Source of the DNA: Auanema rhodensis
Taxonomy: Eukaryota; Animalia; Nematoda
Assembly: GCA_964057225.1 (NCBI GenBank)
Contig: OZ059900.1
Location: 23,932,001-23,996,000 of the forward strand
Direction of reading: 5' to 3'
DNA length: 64,000 bases
Every line of letters starts with the position of its first letter. Position 1 is the stretch's first letter. The position numbers were made by a program, and so were the translations under genes. The notes below the pieces were generated by a model. It made no database searches and was not told where the DNA came from. It saw only the letters and a list, made by a program, of their open reading frames with translations. Below are positions 52,701 through 64,000 of this stretch, piece after piece.

Positions 52701-55700
52701 AACAATTTTGAGCTAGGTTTCATTGACATTGCATGAGTTTGAACACATGAAATCGTAAGTCAAAACCTTGTTTACAGCGAAATTTCCAAAAACTGGTTTT
52801 CCAGCATAATAAAATATTTCTCATGGGAAATACTGTGTTTTTGTATTTTTCTAGTGTTCAGCATGTAAAATGCTTCATTTTAGTATGTAACACGCTGAAA
52901 TTCGTTGCATTTGACGACTCATATGAACAAAAATCGATTTAATCAATATTAGCCATAAGGGGCGTGCCCTCAGAATATGCTAATTTCCTTAATTTTCTAA
53001 CCCCTGTTTTTTTGTCGTGAAAGTGGAACTAGACGTTGTACGAACAAATTTGAGCTAGGTTTCATTGACATTGCATGAGTTTGAACACATGAAATCGTAA
53101 GTCAAAACCTTGTTTACAGCGAAATTTCCAAAAACTGGTTTTCCAGCATAATAAAATATTTCTCATGGGAAATACTGTGTTTTTGTATTTTTCTAGTGTT
53201 TAGCATGTAAAATGCTTCATTTTAGTATGTAACACGCTGAAATTCGTTGCATTTGACGACTCATATGAACAAAAATCGATTTAATCAATATTAGCCATAA
53301 GGGGCGTGCCCTCAGAATATGCTAATTTCCTTAATTTTCTAACCCCTGTTTTTTTGTCGTGAAAGTGGAACTAGACGTTGTACGAACAATTTTGAGCTAG
53401 GTTTCATTGACATTGCATGAGTTTGAACACATGAAATCGTAAGTCAAAACCTTGTTTACAGCGAAATTTCCAAAAACTGGTTTTCCAGCATAATAAAATA
53501 TTTCTCATGGGAAATACTGTGTTTTTGTTTTTTTCTAGTGTTCAGCATGTGAAATGCTTCATTTTAGTATGTAACACGCTGAAATTCGTTGCATTTGACG
53601 ACTCATATGAACAAAAATCGATTTAATCAATATTAGCCATAAGGGGCGTGCCCTCAGAATATGCTAATTTCCTTAATTTTCTAACCCCTGTTTTTTTGTC
53701 GTGAAAGTGGAACTAGACGTTGTACGAACAATTTTGAGCTAGGTTTCATTGACATTGCATGAGTTTGAACACATGAAATCGTAAGTCAAAACCTTGTTTA
53801 CAGCGAAATTTCCAAAAACTGGTTTTCCAGCATAATAAAATATTTCTCATGGGAAATACTGTGTTTTTGTATTTTTCTAGTGTTCAGCATGTAAAATGCT
53901 TCATTTTAGTATGTAACACGCTGAAATTCGTTGCATTTGACGACTCATATGAACCAAAATCGATTTAATCAATATTAGCCATAAGGGGCGTGCCCTCAGA
54001 ATATGCTAATTTCCTTAATTTTCTAACCCTTGTTTTTTTGTCGTGAAAGTGGAACTAGACGTTGTACGAACAATTTTGAGCTAGGTTTCATTGACATTGC
54101 ATGAGTTTGAACACATGAAATCGTAAGTCAAAACCTTGTTTACAGCGAAATTTCCAAAAACTGGGTTTCCAGCATAATAAAATATTTCTCATGGGAAATA
54201 CTGTGTTTTTGTATTTTTCTAGTGTTCAGCATGTAAAATGCTTCATTTTAGTATGTAACACGCTGAAATTCGTTGCATTTGACGACTCATATGAACAAAA
54301 ATCGATTTAATCAATATTAGCCATAAGGGGCGTGCCCTCAGAATATGCTAATTTCCTTAATTTTCTAACCCCTGTTTTTTTGTCGTGAAAGTGGAACTAG
54401 ACGTTGTACAAACAATTTTGAGCTAGGTTTCATTGACATTGCATGAGTTTGAACACATGAAATCGTAAGTCAAAACCTTGTTTACAGCGAAATTTCCAAA
54501 AACTGGTTTTCCAGCATAATAAAATATTTCTCATGGGAAATACTGTGTTTTTGTATTTTTCTAGTGTTCAGCATGTAAAATGCTTCATTTTAGTATGTAA
54601 CACGCTGAAATTCGTTGCATTTGACGACTCATATGAACAAAAATCGATTTAATCAATATTAGCCATAAGGGGCGTGCCCTCAGAATATGCTAATTTCCTT
54701 AATTTTCTAACCCCTGTTTTTTTGTCGTGAAAGTGGAACTAGACGTTGTACGATCAATTTTGAGCTAGGTTTCATTGACATTGCATGAGTTTGAACACAT
54801 GAAATCGTAAGTCAAAACCTTGTTTACAGCGAAATTTCCAAAAACTGGTTTTCCAGCATAATAAAATATTTCTCATGGGAAATACTGTGTTTTTGTATTT
54901 TTCTAGTGTTCAGCATGTAAAATGCTTCATTTTAGTATGTAACACGCTGAAATTCGTTGCATTTGACGACTCATATGAACAAAAATCGATTTAATCAATA
55001 TTAGCCATAAGGGGCGTGCCCTCAGAATATGCTAATTTCCTTAATTTTCTAACCCCTGTTTTTTTTGTCGTGAAAGTGGAACTAGACGTTGTACAAACAA
55101 TTTTGAGCTAGGTTTCATTGACATTGCATGAGTTTGAACACATGAAATCGTAAGTCAAAACCTTGTTTACAGCGAAATTTCCAAAAACTGGTTTTCCAGC
55201 ATAATAAAATATTTCTCATGGGAAATACTGTGTTTTTGTATTTTTCTAGTGTTCAGCATGTAAAATGCTTCATTTTAGTATGTAACACGCTGAAATTCGT
55301 TGCATTTGACGACTCATATGAACAAAAATCGATTTAATCAATATTAGCCATAAGGGGCGTGCCCTCAGAATATGCTAATTTCCTTAATTTTCTAACCCCT
55401 GTTTTTTTGTCGTGAAAGTGGAACTAGACGTTGTACGAACAATTTTGAGCTAAGTTTCATTGACATTGCATGAGTTTGAACACATGAAATCGTAAGTCAA
55501 AACCTTGTTTACAGCGAAATTTCCAAAAACTGGTTTTCCAGCATAATAAAATATTTCTCATGGGAAATACTGTGTTTTTGTTTTTTTCTAGTGTTCAGCA
55601 TGTAAAATGCTTCATTTTAGTATGTAACACGCAGAAATTCGTTGCATTTGACGACTCATATGAACAAAAATCGATTTAATCAATATTAGCCATAAGGGGC

Positions 55701-58700
55701 GTGCCCTCAGAATATGCTAATTTCCTTAATTTTCTAACCCCTGTTTTTTTTGTCGTGAAAGTGGAACTAGACGTTGTACAAACAATTTTGAGCTAGGTTT
55801 CATTGACATTGCATGAGTTTGAACACATGAAATCGTAAGTCAAAACCTTGTTTACAGCGAAATTTCCAAAAACTGGTTTTTCAGCATAATAAAATATTTC
55901 TCATGGGAAATACTGTGTTTTTGTATTTTTCTAGTGTTCAGCATGTAAAATGCTTCATTTTAGTATGTAACACGCTGAAATTCGTTGCATTTGACGACTC
56001 ATATGAACAAAAATCGATTTAATCAATATTAGCCATAAGGGGCGTGCCCTCAGAATATGCTAATTTCCTTAATTTTCTAACCCCTGTTTTTTTTGTCGTG
56101 AAAGTGGAACTAGACGTTGTACAAACAATTTTGAGCTAGGTTTCATTGACATTGCATGAGTTTGAACACATGAAATCGTAAGTCAAAACCTTGTTTACAG
56201 CGAAATTTCCAAAAACTGGTTTTCCAGCATAATAAAATATTTCTCATGGGAAATACTGTGTTTTTGTTTTTTTCTAGTGTTCAGCATGTAAAATGCTTCA
56301 TTTTAGTATGTAACACGCTGAAATTCGTTGCATTTGACGACTCATATGAACAAAAATCGATTTAATCAATATTAGCCATAAGGGGCGTGCCCTCAGAATA
56401 TGCTAATTTCCTTAATTTTCTAACCCCTGTTTTTTTTGTCGTGAAAGTGGAACTAGACGTTGTACAAACAATTTTGAGCTAGGTTTCATTGACATTGCAT
56501 GAGTTTGAACACATGAAATCGTAAGTCAAAACCTTGTTTACAGCGAAATTTCCAAAAACTGGTTTTCCAGCATAATAAAATATTTCTCATGGGAAATACT
56601 GTGTTTTTGTATTTTTCTAGTGTTCAGCATGTAAAATGCTTCATTTTAGTATGTAACACGCTGAAATTCGTTGCATTTGACGACTCATATGAACAAAAAT
56701 CGATTTAATCAATATTAGCCATAAGGGGCGTGCCCTCAGAATATGCTAATTTCCTTAATTTTCTAACCCCTGTTTTTTTGTCGTGAAAGTGGAACTAGAC
56801 GTTGTACGAACAATTTTGAGCTAAGTTTCATTGACATTGCATGAGTTTGAACACATGAAATCGTAAGTCAAAACCTTGTTTACAGCGAAATTTCCAAAAA
56901 CTGGTTTTCCAGCATAATAAAATATTTCTCATGGGAACTACTGTGTTTTTGTATTTTTCTAGTGTTCAGCATGTAAAATGCTTCATTTTAGTATGTAACA
57001 CGCTGAAATTCGTTGCATTTGACGACTCATATGAACAAAAATCGATTTAATCAATATTAGCCATAAGGGGCGTGCCCTCAGAATATGCTAATTTCCTTAA
57101 TTTTCTAACCCCTGTTTTTTTTGTCGTGAAAGTGGAACTAGACGTTGTACAAACAATTTTGAGCTAGGTTTCATTGACATTGCATGAGTTTGAACACATG
57201 AAATCGTAAGTCAAAACCTTGTTTACAGCGAAATTTCCAAAAACTGGTTTTCCAGCATAATAAAATATTTCTCATGGGAAATACTGTGTTTTTGTATTTT
57301 TCTAGTGTTCAGCATGTAAAATGCTTCATTTTAGTATGTAACACGCAGAAATTCGTTGCATTTGACGACTCATATGAACAAAAATCGATTTAATCAATAT
57401 TAGCCATAAGGGGCGTGCCCTCAGAATATGCTAATTTCCTTAATTTTCTAACCCCTGTTTTTTTTGTCGTGAAAGTGGAACTAGACGTTGTACAAACAAT
57501 TTTGAGCTAGGTTTCATTGACATTGCATGAGTTTGAACACATGAAATCGTAAGTCAAAACCTTGTTTACAGCGAAATTTCCAAAAACTGGTTTTCCAGCA
57601 TAATAAAATATTTCTCATGGGAAATACTGTGTTTTTGTTTTTTTCTAGTGTTCAGCATGTAAAATGCTTCATTTTAGTATGTAACACGCAGAAATTCGTT
57701 GCATTTGACGACTCATATGAACAAAAATCGATTTAATCAATATTAGCCATAAGGGGCGTGCCCTCAGAATATGCTAATTTCCTTAATTTTCTAACCCCTG
57801 TTTTTTTGTCGTGAAAGTGGAACTAGACGTTGTACGAACAATTTTGAGCTAGGTTTCATTGACATTGCATGAGTTTGAACACATGAAATCGTAAGTCAAA
57901 ACCTTGTTTACAGCGAAATTTCCAAAAACTGGTTTTCCAGCATAATAAAATATTTCTCATGGGAAATACTGTGTTTTTGTATTTTTCTAGTGTTCAGCAT
58001 GTAAAATGCTTCATTTTAGTATGTAACACGCTGAAATTCGTTGCATTTGACGACTCATATGAACAAAAATCGATTTAATCAATATTAGCCATAAGGGGCG
58101 TGCCCTCAGAATATGCTAATTTCCTTAATTTTCTAACCCCTGTTTTTTTGTCGTGAAAGTGGAACTAGACGTTGTACGAACAATTTTGAGCTAGGTTTCA
58201 TTGACATTGCATGAGTTTGAACACATGAAATCGTAAGTCAAAACCTTGTTTACAGCGAAATTTCCAAAAACTGGTTTTCCAGCATAATAAAATATTTCTC
58301 ATGGGAAATACTGTGTTTTTGTATTTTTCTAGTGTTCAGCATGTAAAATGCTTCATTTTAGTATGTAACACACTGAAATTCGTTGCATTTGACGACTCAT
58401 ATGAACAAAAATCGATTTAATCAATATTAGCCATAAGGGGCGTGCCCTCAGAATATGCTAATTTCCTTAATTTTCTAACCCCTGTTTTTTTGTCGTGAAA
58501 GTGGAACTAGACGTTGTACGAACAATTTTGAGCTAAGTTTCATTGACATTGCATGAGTTTGAACACATGAAATCGTAAGTCAAAACCTTGTTTACAGCGA
58601 AATTTCCAAAAACTGGTTTTCCAGCATAATAAAATATTTCTCATGGGAAATACTGTGTTTTTGTTTTTTTCTAGTGTTCAGCATGTGAAATGCTTCATTT

Positions 58701-60099
58701 TAGTATGTAACACGCTGAAATTCGTTGCATTTGACGACTCATATGAACAAAAATCGATTTAATCAATATTAGCCATAAGGGGCGTGCCCTCAGAATATGC
58801 TAATTTCCTTAATTTTCTAACCCCTGTTTTTTGTCGTGAAAGTGGAACTAGACGTTGTACGAACAATTTTGAGCTAGGTTTCATTGACATTGCATGAGTT
58901 TGAACACATGAAATCGTAAGTCAAAACCTTGTTTACAGCGAAATTTCCAAAAACTGGTTTTCCAGCATAATAAAATATTTCTCATGGGAAATACTGTGTT
59001 TTTGTATTCTTCTAGTGTTCAGCATGTAAAATGCTTCATTTTAGTATGTAACACGCTGAAATTCGTTGCATTTGACGACTCATATGAACAAAAATCGATT
59101 TAATCAATATTAGCCATAAGGGGCGTGCCCTCAGAATATGCTAATTTCCTTAATTTTCTAACCCCTGTTTTTTTGTCGTGAAAGTGGAACTAGACGTTGT
59201 ACGAACAATTTTGAGCTAGGTTTCATTGACATTGCATGAGTTTGAACACATGAAATCGTAAGTCAAAACCTTGTTTACAGCGAAATTTCCAAAAACTGGT
59301 TTTCCAGCATAATAAAATATTTCTCATGGGAAATACTGTGTTTTTGTATTCTTCTAGTGTTCAGCATGTAAAATGCTTCATTTTAGTATGTAACACGCTG
59401 AAATTCGTTGCATTTGACGACTCATATGAACAAAAATCGATTTAATCAATATTAGCCATAAGGGGCGTGCCCTCAGAATATGCTAATTTCCTTAATTTTC
59501 TAACCCCTGTTTTTTGTCGTGAAAGTGGAACTAGACGTTGTACGAACAATTTTGAGCTAGGTTTCATTGACATTGCATGAGTTTGAACACATGAAATCGT
59601 AAGTCAAAACCTTGTTTACAGCGAAATTTCCAAAAACTGGTTTTCCAGCATAATAAAATATTTCTCATGGGAAATACTGTGTTTTTGTTTTTTTCTAGTG
59701 TTCAGCATGTAAAGTGCTTCATTTTAGTATGTAACACGCTGAAATTCGTTGCATTTGACGACTCATATGAACAAAAATCGATTTAATCAATATTAGCCAT
59801 AAGGGGCGTGCCCTCAGAATATGCTAATTTCCTTAATTTTCTAACCCCTGTTTTTTTGTCGTGAAAGTGGAACTAGACGTTGTACGAACAATTTTCACCT
59901 AGGTTTCATTGACATTGCATGAGTTTGAACACATGAAATCGTAAGTCAAAACCTTGTTTACAGCGAAATTTCCAAAAACTGGTTTTCCAGCATAATAAAA
60001 TATTTCTCATGGGAAATACTGTGTTTTTGTATTTTTCTAGTGTTCAGCATGTAAAATGCTTCATTTTAGTATGTAACACGCTGAAATTCGTTGCATTTG

Positions 60100-63000
60100 A
60101 CGACTCATATGAACAAAAATCGATTTAATCAATATTAGCCATAAGGGGCGTGCCCTCAGAATATGCTAATTTCCTTAAATTTCTAACCCCTGTTTTTTGT
60201 CGTGAAAGTGGAACTAGACGTTGTACGAACAATTTTGTGCTAGGTTTCATTGACATTGCATGAGTTTGAACACATGAAATCGTAAGTCAAAACCTTGTTT
60301 ACAGCGAAATTTCCAAAAACTGGTTTTCCAGCATAATAAAATATTTCTCATGGGAAATACTGTGTTTTTGTATTCTTCTAGTGTTCAGCATGTAAAATGC
60401 TTCATTTTAGTATGTAACACGCTGAAATTCGTTGCATTTGACGACTCATATGAACAAAAATCGATTTAATCAATATTAGCCATAAGGGGCGTGCCCTCAG
60501 AATATGCTAATTTCCTTAATTTTCTAACCCCTGTTTTTTTGTCGTGAAAGTGGAACTAGACGTTGTACGAACATTTTTGAGCTAGGTTTCATTGACATTG
60601 CATGAGTTTGAACACATGAAATCGTAAGTCAAAACCTTGTTTACAGCGAAATTTCCAAAAACTGGTTTTCCAGCATAATAAAATATTTCTCATGGGAAAT
60701 ACTGTGTTTTTGTATTTTTCTAGTGTTCAGCATGTAAAATACTTCATTTTAGTATGTAACACGCTGAAATTCGTTGCATTTGACGACTCATATGAACAAA
60801 AATCGATTTAATCAATATTAGCCATAAGGGGCGTGCCCTCAGAATATGCTAATTTCCTTAATTTTCTAACCCTTGTTTTTTTGTCGTGAAAGTGGAACTA
60901 GACGTTGTACGAACAATTTTGAGCTAGGTTTCATTGACATTGCATGAGTTTGAACACATGAAATCGTAAGTCAAAACCTTGTTTACAGCGAAATTTCCAA
61001 AAACTGGTTTTCCAGCATAATAAAACATTTCTCATGGGAAATACTGTGTTTTTGTATTTTTCTAGTGTTCAGCATGTAAAATGCTTCATTTTAGTATGTA
61101 ACACGCTGAAATTCGTTGCATTTGACGAATCATATGAACAAAAATCGATTTAATCAATATTAGCCATAAGGGGCGTGCCCTCAGAATATGCTAATTTCCT
61201 TAATTTTCTAACCCCTGTTTTTTTGTCGTGAAAGTGGAACTAGACGTTGTACGAACAATTTTGAGCTAGGTTTCATTGACATTGCATGAGTTTGAACACA
61301 TGAAATCGTAAGTCAAAACCTTGTTTACAGCGAAATTTCCAAAAACTGGTTTTCCAGCATAATAAAATATTTCTCATGGGAAATACTGTGTTTTTGTATT
61401 TTTCTAGTGTTCAGCATGTAAAATGGTTCATTTTAGTATGTAACACGCTGAAATTCGTTGCATTTGACGACTCATATGAACAAAAATCGATTTAATCAAT
61501 ATTAGCCATAAGGGGCGTGCCCTCAGAATATGCTAATTTCCTTAAATTTCTAACCCCTGTTTTTTGTCGTGAAAGTGGAACTAGACGTTGTACGAACAAT
61601 TTTGAGCTAGGTTTCATTGACATTGCATGAGTTTGAACACATGAAATCGTAAGTCAAAACCTTGTTTACAGCGAAATTTCCAAAAACTGGTTTTCCAGCA
61701 TAATAAAACATTTCTCATGGGAAATACTGTGTTTTTGTATTTTTCTAGTGTTCAGCATGTAAAATGCTTCATTTTAGTATGTAACACGCTGAAATTCGTT
61801 GCATTTGACGAATCATATGAACAAAAATCGATTTAATCAATATTAGCCATAAGGGGCGTGCCCTCAGAATATGCTAATTTCCTTAATTTTCTAACCCCTG
61901 TTTTTTTGTCGTGAAAGTGGAACTAGACGTTGTACGAACAATTTTGAGCTAGGTTTCATTGACATTGCATGAGTTTGAACACATGAAATCGTAAGTCAAA
62001 ACCTTGTTTACAGCGAAATTTCCAAAAACTGGTTTTCCAGCATAATAAAATATTTCTCATGGGAAATACTGTGTTTTTGTATTTTTCTAGTGTTCAGCAT
62101 GTAAAATGGTTCATTTTAGTATGTAACACGCTGAAATTCGTTGCATTTGACGACTCATATGAACAAAAATCGATTTAATCAATATTAGCCATAAGGGGCG
62201 TGCCCTCAGAATATGCTAATTTCCTTAAATTTCTAACCCCTGTTTTTTGTCGTGAAAGTGGAACTAGACGTTGTACGAACAATTTTGAGCTAGGTTTCAT
62301 TGACATTGCATGAGTTTGAACACATGAAATCGTAAGTCAAAACCTTGTTTACAGCGAAATTTCCAAAAACTGGTTTTCCAGCATAATAAAATATTTCTCA
62401 TGGGAAATACTGTGTTTTTGTATTCTTCTAGTGTTCAGCATGTAAAATGCTTCATTTTAGTATGTAACACGCTGAAATTCGTTGCATTTGACGACTCATA
62501 TGAACAAAAATCGATTTAATCAATATTAGCCATAAGGGGCGTGCCCTCAGAATATGCTAATTTCCTTAATTTTCTAACCCCTGTTTTTTTGTCGTGAAAG
62601 TGGAACTAGACGTTGTACGAACATTTTTGAGCTAGGTTTCATTGACATTGCATGAGTTTGAACACATGAAATCGTAAGTCAAAACCTTGTTTACAGCGAA
62701 ATTTCCAAAAACTGGTTTTCCAGCATAATAAAATATTTCTCATGGGAAATACTGTGTTTTTGTATTTTTCTAGTGTTCAGCATGTAAAATACTTCATTTT
62801 AGTATGTAACACGCTGAAATTCGTTGCATTTGACGACTCATATGAACAAAAATCGATTTAATCAATATTAGCCATAAGGGGCGTGCCCTCAGAATATGCT
62901 AATTTCCTTAATTTTCTAACCCTTGTTTTTTTGTCGTGAAAGTGGAACTAGACGTTGTACGAACAATTTTGAGCTAGGTTTCATTGACATTGCATGAGTT

Positions 63001-63550
63001 TGAACACATGAAATCGTAAGTCAAAACCTTGTTTACAGCGAAATTTCCAAAAACTGGTTTTCCAGCATAATAAAACATTTCTCATGGGAAATACTGTGTT
63101 TTTGTATTTTTCTAGTGTTCAGCATGTAAAATGCTTCATTTTAGTATGTAACACGCTGAAATTCGTTGCATTTGACGAATCATATGAACAAAAATCGATT
63201 TAATCAATATTAGCCATAAGGGGCGTGCCCTCAGAATATGCTAATTTCCTTAATTTTCTAACCCCTGTTTTTTTGTCGTGAAAGTGGAACTAGACGTTGT
63301 ACGAACAATTTTGAGCTAGGTTTCATTGACATTGCATGAGTTTGAACACATGAAATCGTAAGTCAAAACCTTGTTTACAGCGAAATTTCCAAAAACTGGT
63401 TTTCCAGCATAATAAAATATTTCTCATGGGAAATACTGTGTTTTTGTATTTTTCTAGTGTTCAGCATGTAAAATGGTTCATTTTAGTATGTAACACGCTG
63501 AAATTCGTTGCATTTGACGACTCATATGAACAAAAATCGATTTAATCAAT
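60100..63550 (-). repeat. 6-monomer (2050 bp) duplication with a nested 2-monomer (683 bp) duplication
   Basis: TTCCTTAAAT at 60171/62221, TATTCTTC at 60375/62425, ACATTTTTGA at 60571/62621, ACTTCATT at 60741/62791; TAAAACATTT at 61021, ~61704 and 63071. Confidence 0.88.
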
Positions 63551-64000
63551 ATTAGCCATAAGGGGCGTGCCCTCAGAATATGCTAATTTCCTTAATTTTC
63601 TAACCCCTGTTTTTTTGTCGTGAAAGTGGAACTAGACGTTGTACGAACAATTTTGAGCTAGGTTTCATTGACATTGCATGAGTTTGAACACATGAAATCG
63701 TAAGTCAAAACCTTGTTTACAGCGAAATTTCCAAAAACTGGTTTTCCAGCATAATAAAATATTTCTCATGGGAAATACTGTGTTTTTGTATTTTTCTAGT
63801 GTTCAGCATGTAAAATGCTTCATTTTAGTATGTAACACGCTGAAATTCGTTGCATTTGACGACTCATATGAACAAAAATCGATTTAATCAATATTAGCCA
63901 TAAGGGGCGTGCCCTCAGAATATGCTAATTTCCTTAATTTTCTGACCCCTGTTTTTTTGTCGTGAAAGTGGAACTAGACGTTGTACGAACAATTTTGAGC

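Larger units (their letters stand above)
11149..64000 (-). repeat. Same 342-bp satellite, reverse-complement block (~154.5 monomers; continues beyond window end)
   Basis: From 11149 the sequence reads ATGTAACACGCTGAAATTCGTTGC..., the reverse complement of monomer position 100 downward. CCATAAGGGGCGTGCCCTCAGAATATGCTAAT recurs every 342 bp (341-346 where indels occur) to the end of the window. Confidence 0.99.

Noticed and set aside
1-64000. CRISPR array or other repeat-spacer system
   Set aside because: There are no unique spacers, the whole 342-bp unit repeats, and no cas or other genes are present.

Overview
The whole 64 kb window is one AT-rich (about 34% GC by hand count), highly homogeneous tandem satellite DNA with a 342-bp monomer. 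There are about 187 copies, most within roughly 0-3 substitutions of consensus. This is typical of eukaryotic centromeric/pericentromeric heterochromatin; I cannot assign the family or species. I found no genes, RNA genes, transposons or CRISPR arrays, and both supplied ORFs are by-products of satellite variants. The one structural discontinuity is an orientation switch. About 32.4 monomers lie on + (1-11075) and about 154.5 on - (11149-64000). They are joined by a complex junction: a 4-bp CACT microhomology jump that skips 173 bp, then a 55-bp iterated A(n)CAG filler copied from the monomer's own A7-CAG motif. The result is an inverted repeat with arms of at least 11 kb and a 105-bp spacer. 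SNPs are not mirrored across the junction, so it is not a simple fold-back. Other signals: a monomer dense in dyad symmetries, ~10-bp phased A/T tracts, no CpG depletion, a mutation cluster beside the breakpoint, and nested higher-order duplications of 2, 3, 4, 5, 6, 14, 16 and 26 monomers. I found no evidence for a protein-coding novel system; the most notable object is the inversion junction.
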